Shown: piece after piece, positions 52,997 through 63,300 of the stretch
How positions within the stretch are numbered: the stretch's first letter is position 1
How the letters are laid out: every line of letters begins with the position of its first letter
Source: a virus
Lineage: Duplodnaviria; Caudoviricetes
Length of the DNA stretch: 64,000 bases
Virus record (IMG/VR): IMGVR_UViG_3300025018_000093
Reading direction: 5' to 3' (one strand)
Notes under the pieces: generated by a model
The model's input: only the letters and a program-made list of their open reading frames with translations
What the model was told of the DNA's origin: nothing
Databases searched by the model: none
Made by a program: the position numbers and the translations under genes

Positions 52997-53814
52997 GCTT
53001 CTACAGGGACGAGGAGAAGGCAGAGAGCCGTACGCAGACTTGGAATCAGCCTGGTGAGCGCAGCACTCCACGGGATGATGGGAGTGCTGTGCCCCAGGGT
53101 ACAACCAACTGGCCGAACACATCTGCTCGCCCCCCTGCTCTTTATCAATCAGAGCGGGACTCCCAGCACCCTGCAGAGGAGCAGGACTTTGGCACGGTCG
53201 AGAACTCTGGTGGGTCTGCTAAGGTCATCCCCGAGAACTCGGACTTCGAGAACAAGGGGGATCGGATTCGGTTTGGGCGGAAAAAGGAAGCCATCCGCAT
53301 GGACCACATCCGGCAGTATGTGTCGGAGGCTGTGCGTGCAAAGGCTAAGAATTACACCCCCAAACTGAAGCGGGTGGACAAGAAAAACATGATCTGGACG
53401 TACCAGGTTGGAAAGTGGGAAGTGAAGGCAAAGGTATCCTTTTCGCACCCTCGGATGACTGACCTTAGGAAGGCGGACCTGCATTTGACCTGCTCCTGTC
53501 CCTTCTGGCGCTGGCAGGGACCAGAGCACTGGGGAAAGGAGGAAGACTACCTTCGAGGTACTCCCCGAGGTACGGCTTCTTTCCCCATCATCCGAGATCC
53601 TGAGCATGAGAAGGCAGTGTGCAAGCACGTCTACGCGGTTTTCTCGGCACTGGAGGGGGTGATGCTGGCGAGGCGGGAGAAGAAAGGGTCTACGCGACCC
53701 TTGCTGGCAGCGGTGCAAAGGGGGCGTGTGACGGTATCCTATGAGGGGAGGGAGCACCTCGCGAAAGCGATTGTTCGCCGCTACCTGAGAGGAGAGTGTG
53801 ATGCCCACTTATGA
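52993..53814 (+). CDS. SWIM zinc-finger protein
   Basis: LTCSCP...VCKHVYAV (CxC-xn-CxH). Confidence 0.75.
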   Translation: MSFYRDEEKAESRTQTWNQPGERSTPRDDGSAVPQGTTNWPNTSARPPALYQSERDSQHPAEEQDFGTVENSGGSAKVIPENSDFENKGDRIRFGRKKEAIRMDHIRQYVSEAVRAKAKNYTPKLKRVDKKNMIWTYQVGKWEVKAKVSFSHPRMTDLRKADLHLTCSCPFWRWQGPEHWGKEEDYLRGTPRGTASFPIIRDPEHEKAVCKHVYAVFSALEGVMLARREKKGSTRPLLAAVQRGRVTVSYEGREHLAKAIVRRYLRGECDAHL

Positions 53815-54184
53815 GTACGCTTGCCGTGACTGTGGCCACCGTTTCGAGCGCCTTCTTCGTCTGAAGGATCGCAAGGAAACGCAGGTGTGTGATGCTTGTC
53901 AATCTCTGGAGACGGAGAAGATTTTCACGACCTGTAACTTCATCCTGAAAGGGGACGGATGGCCGGGTAAGACTTTCCGCATCAACGACCAGATGAGCAA
54001 GAAAAACGAGCGCCTCGACCGGAAGCAAAACGAGATGAAGCGGGAGGCTCCGGGTATGAAACTAGCCCCCAATGTTGAGGGGGAGAGAGTAGATAGCTGG
54101 AGCGAAGCTCAGCGGCTAGCTGCCAGCAAGGGTAAGGATGCGCAAAGTTACGAGACCCTCGTGCGACAGGAGAAGTCCCAGTGA
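53801..54184 (+). CDS. FmdB-family zinc-ribbon protein
   Basis: MPTYEYACRDCGHRFE...CDAC...FILKGDGW. Confidence 0.88.
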   Translation: MPTYEYACRDCGHRFERLLRLKDRKETQVCDACQSLETEKIFTTCNFILKGDGWPGKTFRINDQMSKKNERLDRKQNEMKREAPGMKLAPNVEGERVDSWSEAQRLAASKGKDAQSYETLVRQEKSQ

Positions 54185-54873
54185 GTGCCACATCTAGTTT
54201 GTTGACCCGCTCCGTCCACTTGGTGGACCTCATGATCAAGAAGGATCCTAACATCCTGCGTTATAGGGTTCGGGGACACTGCACGCTTGATGGAGCCTTC
54301 TTCGGTGCCGTCGAGATGTTCACCGTTCAAAAGGGGAGCCACTACCGCAGCCACACCCTCTTGGTTAACAAGACGGGGGTGGTCGAGGACTCCAAACGGG
54401 GGATGACACGGATCACATTCGATCCGGATGACTTCGGCCCAACGAGCCCGAGTCTCCCGAAGGACCATGACGTGTTGTTCCTGCGCGTGGAGGATTACAG
54501 CATTGCTCTCGGAGGATACCTTCCCCCTGGGCAGATCCTAATCATCCCACCACCGGAGTTTTTCGGGGTGCAGGACTCAACGATAACCGTGGCGGGGACA
54601 GCTCCAGGTGGTGTGGGCGCAACACAGGGTGCTAACCCCCCTCCTGGTGCAATGACCTTTGGGCTTCCCCTATACTCCACAAGCGCCAACATCACGAACC
54701 TGGACAGTACAAACAACCTGCTGGTGTCCTTCAATGAGGGTCTGCCGATGGTTGCTATTGCTCCCAAGAGTAGTGTGCTGATCTCGGATGGCTCTGTTGT
54801 CGAGGTCTACGTGGCCTCTTCCGTTGCGAACCCCGTGGAGTTCTCGATGTTCTTCACTCTGACGAAGGTATGA
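54181..54873 (+). CDS. hypothetical (probable virion) protein
   Basis: 230-aa beta-rich ORF at the start of the appendage cluster. Confidence 0.55.
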   Translation: MSATSSLLTRSVHLVDLMIKKDPNILRYRVRGHCTLDGAFFGAVEMFTVQKGSHYRSHTLLVNKTGVVEDSKRGMTRITFDPDDFGPTSPSLPKDHDVLFLRVEDYSIALGGYLPPGQILIIPPPEFFGVQDSTITVAGTAPGGVGATQGANPPPGAMTFGLPLYSTSANITNLDSTNNLLVSFNEGLPMVAIAPKSSVLISDGSVVEVYVASSVANPVEFSMFFTLTKV

Positions 54874-54880
54874 TGCCCCC

Positions 54881-55240
54881 ATGCCATTTCCGCCCAATTG
54901 GCCCCCGACAACCGGGAGTGGGCGTAAGTCAGAGCGAATCTACGTGAGTGGCATCGCGACGTCTGACTACGCCGACCATGCCTACATGTTTGTGGACTTG
55001 GCCTTCCCGGAGGGAAAGTGTCCTCGTAAACCAGACGTGTACCCTCTGACGGCCATTCGGGTGTTCAACGATGGGACAGCAGACTTGTTCGTGGCCTTTG
55101 ATGGGATCACCACACATGGGATCGTGCGGCCCTCAGAGAAACTCTTGTTTGAGGACCGAGTGGAGACAGGTATCGCTGTGCGTACAGATTCCACGCATAT
55201 TCATCCTCTGTACGCATCCTTTCGGGTCGAGGGGTGGTAA
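54881..55240 (+). CDS. hypothetical (probable virion) protein
   Basis: 119-aa ORF abutting the next gene. Confidence 0.55.
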   Translation: MPFPPNWPPTTGSGRKSERIYVSGIATSDYADHAYMFVDLAFPEGKCPRKPDVYPLTAIRVFNDGTADLFVAFDGITTHGIVRPSEKLLFEDRVETGIAVRTDSTHIHPLYASFRVEGW

Positions 55241-55510
55241 GTGGCGAAGATCACCATTGGACGGGTGCTGGATTCCACCACAGATTCCGTGGTGGTGGTC
55301 CAGGGATCTCCTGCCGTAGATACGAACTCCTGGCCAGTCCGGGATTTGAACAAACTCGTACCCAAGGAGTACGACTACATTTCGCTGTCCTACACAGGGG
55401 ACAATCTCACCACTGTCGTCTATCGTCAGGGGGGCTCCGCAGGGACCCTTGTGGCTACGCTGGAGCTTACCTACACGGGAAGCCATTTGGACACAGTGAC
55501 CCGAACTTAA
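55241..55510 (+). CDS. hypothetical (probable virion) protein
   Basis: YDYISLSYTGDNLTTVVYRQGG...LTYTG beta-hairpin repeats. Confidence 0.6.
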   Translation: MAKITIGRVLDSTTDSVVVVQGSPAVDTNSWPVRDLNKLVPKEYDYISLSYTGDNLTTVVYRQGGSAGTLVATLELTYTGSHLDTVTRT

Positions 55511-55534
55511 CACCGTGGATTCTCTGTTGGGCTC

Positions 55535-56374
55535 ATGGCCAGAATCATCTTCAACCCGTTCACAGGTAGCTTTGACTACATTGTGTCCACACTTGCTGAG
55601 GTGGACGATGTGGAAAGCTCTGTCCTACCAACGAAGGGGTCTCTCCTGGCGGGGGATGGTTCGCTATGGCAGGAGCTGGGCGTCGGGACCAACAACTACG
55701 TCCTGATCGCAGATAGCACCCAACCTCTGGGTGTGCGCTGGTCTGCTGCGGCTCCCGGTGCAGGGGACGTGGTAGGACCTGGAAGTTCCACGGACAATGC
55801 TCTTGTCCGTTTTGATGGAGCCACTGGAAAGCTCCTCCAGAACTCAGGGGTTATTGTTGATGACAGTGACAACCTGACTCTCCCAGGGACCTTGAACGGG
55901 GTCCAGCACTTTGCAAGTGGGAGTGCCGACCCTGGGGTTCCAACTCCAGCCGATGGGGACCGCTACTTCAACACCTCTTTGAAAGAGGAGATGCGGTATG
56001 ACGGGAGTCGCTCGAAGTGGCTCAGCGTGGGTTCTCTCAACGTGCAAGCAGGTAGGCGAGGAAACACTCTTGCCGGTAGCTACTACCGAGCCGTGGATGG
56101 GATGACCTTTGACGGGGGGCATCTTGGAGTGTGTGCCCCGAAGGGCACCTTGGTATATCTTGGTTGGTCAAAGGGGAGCGCTGCAACCGCAACTCTGGAG
56201 GTACTGGTGGGTGGCGTTGTTGTTACCACCTTGACAAATCCTGCCGCAGGGTCTGTAGCCTCGCTAACAGTCAATGCGGACTTCGATGCTGGAAACATGT
56301 CATTTCGTAACCAGACGGGTGGAAGCACGACGACGGACGTGCAGGTCTTTGCGGTCTTCAAGAGGAGAGTCTGA
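55535..56374 (+). CDS. fibre-like virion protein
   Basis: KGSLLAGDG..VGTNNYVLIADS, GDVVGPGSSTDNALVRFDGATGKLLQNS fibre-type motifs. Confidence 0.6.
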   Translation: MARIIFNPFTGSFDYIVSTLAEVDDVESSVLPTKGSLLAGDGSLWQELGVGTNNYVLIADSTQPLGVRWSAAAPGAGDVVGPGSSTDNALVRFDGATGKLLQNSGVIVDDSDNLTLPGTLNGVQHFASGSADPGVPTPADGDRYFNTSLKEEMRYDGSRSKWLSVGSLNVQAGRRGNTLAGSYYRAVDGMTFDGGHLGVCAPKGTLVYLGWSKGSAATATLEVLVGGVVVTTLTNPAAGSVASLTVNADFDAGNMSFRNQTGGSTTTDVQVFAVFKRRV

Positions 56375-56967
56375 TGGCTCTAACCCTCGTCGCCAAGAAC
56401 CTGACAGCATCCGATGTGGTGCTGGTGCAGCTTGCTGTGACGGTACCCGGAAGTGGCCAGGCAATCCTGACCGATGCCAATGTCTGGTTTGAGATTCGGG
56501 ATGACCCTCAGCTTGAGCTGGAAATCCTGGACAACCAGCTCATCCTCAGTGATGGGTTCAATGACTATGACAAGGCTGGGAGTCTTGCTCTCCTGAACCC
56601 GCCGATAGCAGGACAGCTGCGGAGCTATCCTGGAGCATTTACAGTCCCCTCGTCGGTTGCCGTGGGTGATATTGTATGCGTGACGGGAGCCAACAGCGCC
56701 GACGTAGCGGATGACAGTACCATAACCAAACTTCCTGCTATGGGTGTGGTTCTCCAGAAACTTAGTACGGTAACGGCTACGCTTCTCTACCGGGGAGAAG
56801 CGCACATTTTCAGTGGCCTTACGCCAGGAGCTAGGTACTTCATTGCTACGTCTGGGGGTCTCACGCTAACTCCCACTGACGTAGTGGGGAAGTACATCCA
56901 GTCTGTTGGAGTCGCCATTGATGACAACACTCTCTTTTTTGATCCCGGAATGCTGATCAAGCTATGA
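56374..56967 (+). CDS. virion protein with C-terminal DUF2190/cement-like domain
   Basis: VAVGDIVCV...AMGVV...GLTPGARYF...VGVAID. Confidence 0.55.
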   Translation: MALTLVAKNLTASDVVLVQLAVTVPGSGQAILTDANVWFEIRDDPQLELEILDNQLILSDGFNDYDKAGSLALLNPPIAGQLRSYPGAFTVPSSVAVGDIVCVTGANSADVADDSTITKLPAMGVVLQKLSTVTATLLYRGEAHIFSGLTPGARYFIATSGGLTLTPTDVVGKYIQSVGVAIDDNTLFFDPGMLIKL

Positions 56968-57248
56968 GTGCAAAACAGTTTTTGCCGGAGCTTCTTCTTT
57001 GGAAACTTCGGGCGCACTACTATGAAGCAGAGTTGGCTCTGGAGAGGGCTCGAAGTGCGTCTCTGAAACGAGATCACTTGGTGGCTGAGGTCCGTGCTAA
57101 GATCACGCAGGACCTTCCAGAGGGGTGCGTCGTCCTTGAAATCGATATGGAGACAGGTGCTTTCACGTTTGGTCTCCCACCTTGCAAGAGTACTTCTATA
57201 GCTCCCCCTAGTAGAGGCACGGAGGTGCAAGATGGCAGAGCAAGCTAG
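56964..57248 (+). CDS. small coiled-coil protein
   Basis: LWKLRA...LPEG; similar to the 59682 ORF. Confidence 0.55.
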   Translation: MSAKQFLPELLLWKLRAHYYEAELALERARSASLKRDHLVAEVRAKITQDLPEGCVVLEIDMETGAFTFGLPPCKSTSIAPPSRGTEVQDGRAS

Positions 57249-57615
57249 ATTTCAACTGACAACCGCTGGTAAGCAGTTCGCGCAAGCAGGCTACTTCCGG
57301 TTTCGCGTGGCCTTCACAGGATCCACTGGAGGTGTGACTCGTTACTATCAGCAGAGGGACTGCCCTGTCATTCAGATGGGGCATCCTGGGCTCAACGATG
57401 TTCTGGGTACCACGAATGTCTGGGCCATCTCAAACATGAGATTGATGAAAGTACCGGATCAAACTCGAAGAGGGGGTTCTAAGAAGGACTCCGGTCTTGT
57501 GTTCGAGGACGTAACCTCAACAACAACTCCTGGGGATGTAGACCAGGATCTCGACGTGATTTTCGACATCGTGCGGAACGTGGGAGTATACCATGGCGAA
57601 TGCAATTCCGCTTAA
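57232..57615 (+). CDS. hypothetical protein
   Basis: SD GGAGG; 127 aa. Confidence 0.55.
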   Translation: MAEQARFQLTTAGKQFAQAGYFRFRVAFTGSTGGVTRYYQQRDCPVIQMGHPGLNDVLGTTNVWAISNMRLMKVPDQTRRGGSKKDSGLVFEDVTSTTTPGDVDQDLDVIFDIVRNVGVYHGECNSA

Positions 57616-59668
57616 GGTCAACAATGCCGAGGGCTGCGTTGAGCAATTTGGTAGTACCGATGTACTTCTTGCTGACGGCGTAGAGCGTCGGTCTTCTACA
57701 GGCAACCTGATCATTGGTTCTGTTCTGGGGACTGTGGAAGCCACGGGATCGATCACGGTTGCCGGGGTTCCCGCCGCCGCTGGTGGCACAATCACGATCA
57801 ATGGCACGGTGCTGACAGCTGTTGATGGTGCTCGCACCCCTGGGAGCAATGACTTTAGTCTTGACTCCGGGACGGTAAATGGAATCGCTTCCGAGATTGT
57901 CGCTGCAATCAACGACGTGGCCAATGGCTTCACAAGCATCGTTACGGCTGTTGATGGTACGGGTGTTGTCAACCTGACCGCTGTCCCGCTGGGGACTGCC
58001 GGAAACAGTATCACCCTAGCCACGTCCGATGCCGTCAGTTTCACCCTCTCGGGTGTTAACCTCACAGGTGGCGTTACCGATTCGTTGCAACTCGGGAGCG
58101 CGACTTCGATTGTTGCCATCCAAGGTGATCTTACCGTTGCAGGGTCTTCCACAATCTCTGTGGATGAAACTGTTATTGGGGACTTCGCGGTTGAGGGAAA
58201 CGTTTCTCTCGGCACGGGAGATGGTGACACCATTGACTTGGGTGGTGGTACCAGTGACACAGTCAATCTGAATGCAGACCTGACTGTGGGAGCGGGAGTC
58301 GTCAGCATTGGTAGCAGCGTCACAGATTACCTTGGTGATCTGTGGCTCGATGCGGTTAACACCAATGGCCCCGGACTTGCGGCGTACAACTTGAACGCCA
58401 CAGGGACAAATGCGGGTGCTTACGCCATTGGCGTTGATCCGTCGCTTCTGCTTAACGCGAGTGCCACGGACCTGATGACCGTCCTTGATCAGTTGGACGC
58501 TGCCATCTCCGCCTCGGGTGCTGACACCCTTCAGACAGCCTATGCAGCGGGAAACACCATCGCTGTTACGGCTGCTGAGGGAACCATCGACTTCTCCAAC
58601 AGTACGGCTTCAGACACAACTACGGTTTTGACTGTTAGCCGAGCCCCTTCCTCCTCTACAGGGGGAAATGGGATTGACTTGTCGATGGGTGCCAATACCA
58701 CAGGTGTTGGCCTCAGTATCTTGGCTGCGGGATCCGGGGATGCTCTGTTCGTGGACAACACTGGCTCTGGGAATGCCCTGGATGTCCAGGATGGCAGTAG
58801 CAGTGTTCTCCAGGTGACGGGTGCGGGTGCTGTCAATGTGACTCCGACTTCGGGTCAGAGTCTTACCATGACGGTTGCTGGTGCGGGTGTCGTTGACATC
58901 AATGCAGCGGGCGCTATCACCCTTGACTCTACAGGTGCCGGAATCAGTCTGGATGGCGCGGGTGCGTCCAACTTTACAACCAGCACCGGGGATCTAACCG
59001 TCAACACGGCAAGTGGTTCTTTGGTCATGTCGGCAACGACAGCCGTCACGCTTGACGCTACTGTGGGTGGCGTCAGCATTGATGCTGCTGCGGCATCAAA
59101 CTTCTCTACTTCGGCGGGCAATCTCACGCTGGATGCTGCTGCTGCAGAGCTGGTTTTTGACGATGTTGGGAACAGTGGTTTGACCCTGAGTCAATCCAGT
59201 GACCGTACCCTGAGCCCCACAGGTGCCGGCCTCCTGTATGACGGGGTTACCTCCATCATTGGGGCTTTCAATGCCCTTGGTGTGCGTGACAAGTTCACGA
59301 AGACTCTTCCGATTGAAGTCGGTGTGACGATTTCAGCTGGATACGTGGTTGCCGCCTCCACGACCTCCGGGAGATTGACAAATGGCACGGGTGGGAGCGG
59401 TGGAAATAAGGCGATTGTCGGGATTGCTCTGAGTGGTGGCACAGGGGATGCGGGTGGTACTGTAACAGCGACGTTCGTTCTACCTGGGGCGTATGTCACG
59501 GTCGCAGGTGGTTCCTTTACGCCGGGGACCCCGGTGTTCGCACCACTCCTTGCTGGACCTCCTTCCGATACCTTCTCCGGGGGTACTGGAGACCGTAACA
59601 TCCGTCTCGGGTACGCAATCACCTCTACGGATATCGTGTTCATGCCGACAGTGGGTGTTGGCATCTAA
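57593..59668 (+). CDS. fibre/appendage protein with G/S/T/A-rich beta repeats
   Basis: 691 aa; repeated ITLDS/VTLDA/LTLDA units; shared module with the 27879 ORF; cement-like C-terminal domain. Confidence 0.7.
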   Translation: MANAIPLKVNNAEGCVEQFGSTDVLLADGVERRSSTGNLIIGSVLGTVEATGSITVAGVPAAAGGTITINGTVLTAVDGARTPGSNDFSLDSGTVNGIASEIVAAINDVANGFTSIVTAVDGTGVVNLTAVPLGTAGNSITLATSDAVSFTLSGVNLTGGVTDSLQLGSATSIVAIQGDLTVAGSSTISVDETVIGDFAVEGNVSLGTGDGDTIDLGGGTSDTVNLNADLTVGAGVVSIGSSVTDYLGDLWLDAVNTNGPGLAAYNLNATGTNAGAYAIGVDPSLLLNASATDLMTVLDQLDAAISASGADTLQTAYAAGNTIAVTAAEGTIDFSNSTASDTTTVLTVSRAPSSSTGGNGIDLSMGANTTGVGLSILAAGSGDALFVDNTGSGNALDVQDGSSSVLQVTGAGAVNVTPTSGQSLTMTVAGAGVVDINAAGAITLDSTGAGISLDGAGASNFTTSTGDLTVNTASGSLVMSATTAVTLDATVGGVSIDAAAASNFSTSAGNLTLDAAAAELVFDDVGNSGLTLSQSSDRTLSPTGAGLLYDGVTSIIGAFNALGVRDKFTKTLPIEVGVTISAGYVVAASTTSGRLTNGTGGSGGNKAIVGIALSGGTGDAGGTVTATFVLPGAYVTVAGGSFTPGTPVFAPLLAGPPSDTFSGGTGDRNIRLGYAITSTDIVFMPTVGVGI

Positions 59669-59681
59669 CGGAGTCGTGCAC

Positions 59682-60035
59682 ATGAGTAAGTCTCGGGCTA
59701 GCAGTGAGGAGGGAAGGGGCAGTAACGAAAAGGTTGCAACCCTTCCCCGGTCCCCTTCTCTTCCAGCAGAAAAATCTATCCCACTACCGGAGCATCTCCG
59801 GTGGAAGGTCAAGGCTTTCCAGGAAGGGGAGGAAAAAGCGCAAGCAAACGTCAAGGCTGCCCAGGCAGAGCTTCATTTGCGGCAGGTGGAATTGCAGGGG
59901 GCACGCAAGGAGCTTCAACTTGTGGTCGATGAGGTGACTTTCGCACTGCAGAGTAGTGTTCCTCCGGGATACATTCTCGCGGAATTGAACCCTACCCGTG
60001 GAGTGGCCCTCTGTCGCTTAGCTCCTGCGGAGTAG
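59682..60035 (+). CDS. small coiled-coil protein
   Basis: ATG 59682; LRWKVKA...VPPG; similar to the 56964 ORF. Confidence 0.55.
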   Translation: MSKSRASSEEGRGSNEKVATLPRSPSLPAEKSIPLPEHLRWKVKAFQEGEEKAQANVKAAQAELHLRQVELQGARKELQLVVDEVTFALQSSVPPGYILAELNPTRGVALCRLAPAE

Positions 60036-60038
60036 CGC

Positions 60039-60323
60039 ATGACCACCCCCAAAAATGGGCTCATCGTTGGTGTTCTGGATGCCTACGGGAACTTTGAGAC
60101 AGAGCAGCAGGTAGATGACCCTGAGAAAGGGGACATGGTCTATTTCGAAGGCCCAGAATGGGTAGCTCTGACACCGGGGACCACAGGGCATTTTCTCCAA
60201 ACCCAGGGTACGGGAGAGGTCCCTGTGTGGGCTCCCGCTACAGCGTCGTTTGACGAGATAGTGTTGGAAGAGAACGGCGCTATAGTCTACGTCGGGGACG
60301 GCGAGTTCGTATTGAGGGGATAG
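60039..60323 (+). CDS. small fibre-related protein
   Basis: KGDMVYF..WVALTPGTTGHFLQTQG..PVW module. Confidence 0.55.
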   Translation: MTTPKNGLIVGVLDAYGNFETEQQVDDPEKGDMVYFEGPEWVALTPGTTGHFLQTQGTGEVPVWAPATASFDEIVLEENGAIVYVGDGEFVLRG

Positions 60324-60326
60324 TCT

Positions 60327-63300
60327 ATGGCGCTGCATCGTAATCTGTCAGGGACAAATATCCACGTTTCCCATGCCTACACGTATGCGGACGCGACAGA
60401 GCGCCTTGCAGCCGTGTTGACGGCGGATGACATTGGTAAAGTCTGCTTTCAGCAGGACAGTTCTGTCTTCTACGTGCTGATAGGCTATTCTCCCATGGCC
60501 TGGGCAGCTATGACCGGGAACATTGCTAATCCGTTGACCGACGAGGGAGATATCCTCTACGGCGGCGCTAGCGGTACGCCACAACGGCTCCCCGGTGTTG
60601 ACGGGAGTTATCTGCGTTCACAAGGGAATGCAGGGGCTCCGACGTTCACGCGAGCCCTCGATGTTGACTCTTTGCTCGCCGCCCCATTGGGGTCGTCCCT
60701 TCACGCTTCGGCTATCCTACAGGCAGACTCCGTTACCCAGGGAATCCTAATGCCCCGGATGACGGAGGCGCAGCGGGACGCGATTACTACCCCGGCTGCC
60801 GGCCTCGTGGTGTACGCGACAGATCAGCGCTGCCCGTATGTCTATGACGGTTTTGTCTGGAGAAAACTGCAGATTGCGGCTACTCAGTTTGTCAGTGTCA
60901 CGACGGACGAGACGGGTGACTTTTTAACCATTCAGGACGCTATCGACAGCATCACCGGCGCTGCTGACGACAACCGTTATGTGGTACGTGTAGGTCCAGG
61001 GACGTTCACCGAGGACGTTACCATGGGAGACTACATTCAGGTTTCCGGTCAAGGATGGGACACTTTGATTCTCGGCCAGGTGATTTGCGACGGCTTGGGG
61101 TACACCCAGCTGAGCAACGTCCGCGTGTTTGCGGTTAACAAGCCAGCTCTGCTTTGTTCTTCGGATGAAGTCAACGTCACAGATTGCTTCCTTGAGTCTG
61201 CCTGGGATGACGCGGAGGACCCTGGGATTGTCCGCTGCTGCGTAGAAGCGTCTTATGGCATCGTTTACCTGTACAAGGAGTCGGAGGCATCTCTAGTCGT
61301 GACGGATGCGGTGAACACTTCCGCGAGCACGATACAGACGGTGTATCACCTCACGGGAACGGACACGGTGTACCTAGAGTCGTACGGAAGCTTTGAGTAC
61401 ATTGACACGGTCAACGGAGGGAACACCCTGTGCTGCCTGTACAGTGACAATACTGACGAGAGTACAGAGGGAGTGCTGACACTAGGTGTGTTTGAGCTGA
61501 GCATGGGGGGCACACACCTAAACAAGGCTACACTGCTAAGTTGTTCAGGTGCGAACAGTGTCTTGATCGCAGAGTACAAGTCGACGCGGGGCGTATCGGC
61601 GGCGGGCACACCGATGTTTATCCTGGCCGATATCAGCAATTCGCCGGTCATGTCTGCGGGGCGGTGCGCTTTTGGAAAAGTAGACCTAACAGGGTTTGCG
61701 GATGCTGATGTGTACTATGCTCGGGCGACTCACGCGACAGACCGGGTAGGTGCTCAGAATTATCTGTTCAAGCGGAGCACAGACTCATTCCCGGCGAGGA
61801 ACACGACGGGGGGATCGGCCGGAAGTTGTAAGTACAATCTTGCGACCAATTTCGGATCGGCGTCATCCTCAGGGAAGTTCAACGATGCGGATCACGGGGC
61901 GCAGATCACTGACTGGGCGACCGTCGCAGAAGCCCTCGGAGGGGAAGCCTCTGCTGCCGGGGATATTTTCGTAAGTGACGGCCTTGGTAGCGGAGCCATG
62001 CTTCCTACTGTCCCGGTAACAAGGGTGTTGACCGTTGGGGTTGGAACCGGTGCTCAGTACAGCTCAATCAAGACCGCGATTGAAGCGGCAATCACCGGGG
62101 GAGCCTCCGCGACCTCTCCTTGGAGGGTTGACGTCTATCCGGGGACGTACACCGAAGATCCGATGGTGCTTGCGCCCGGAATCGTACTGACGAGTCTCGA
62201 TTCGAGATCAGACACGGTGTTCATCGTCGCTAGCGATTCTCTTGAAGACCTGTTTACCTGCACGGGCGGCTACATGACAGGCATGCTCCTGTCTGGTGTT
62301 GCGGCGGCGGCTAAGGCGCTGATTCGCTGCGCCACGGCTAGTACCCTAACCGTTCTGCACGGCATCTCAGTGAGAGGGTGCTCTACAGGTATCGCGGTGT
62401 CGAACGGCGCTTCTGTGGTAGCTACGTCGTTCTCGATCCATCTTACCGGACCGAGTCAAGGGATAACCACGGCAGTTCAGGTGTTGTCTGGTGGAGCTTT
62501 CCATATGTCCGGAGGCTTTGTGTCGGCGCCTGCTGCCCTGTTGCCTTACTACTCCGTCAATCCTATTCAGACAGTGTTTAACTGCAGCGGCAGCTCGTCT
62601 GTGTGTTTCTTGACGTCGTGCACGCTCCTACTGTCCTACAAGACCGACGATGCTACGGGTCTCCTATGTGACGACGGAGGGGATCTGTCCATCTTCGCGT
62701 CTCAGGTATCAGGGGCAGGTATTGCAGCGCATATCGGGTCGTCGGGCAGTGCGTCTCAGATTATGATTCAAGGTTGTTCCTTCTCGAATAACTACCTGAA
62801 TGGGAAGTGCGAATCGTCGACAGGTTTGTTTTTTGTCAACGCCAGCTCTACGGCGTTGCAATGGGACGGAGTTGCCGGGTCCGTTCTGTCTGGTATAGTG
62901 CAGTTGCGCGGGCAGGATAGAACCTACCTGGTAGGAGAGGCCTCTTACTCGGATGTTGAGGGACACACGGTAGACCTGGCTCACTACCTACACGACGGGT
63001 TATCGACGGGTGTGTCCGTTGGCGGCGAAGTAACGCCCTCCTCAGGCCTCGATGTTGACGTAGCTGCGGGAAGGGGATGGGTAGTTGAGCATGCCACGCA
63101 TTCCTCGCAGGATGCGGAATGGGAAGCGACGTCTCTAACTCTCACGGCGAACTCTACTTGCTATGTTGTGTATGACTCGGTTGCGGCTGCGATTGCGGAG
63201 AAGTTGACCGCTCCAGGGTTGTCGTCCGTCTTGCTTGCTATCGTTGTAACCGGTGCGAGCAGCCTGAGATTTGTTCATCTTGCTCGGACGGTAGTGCACG

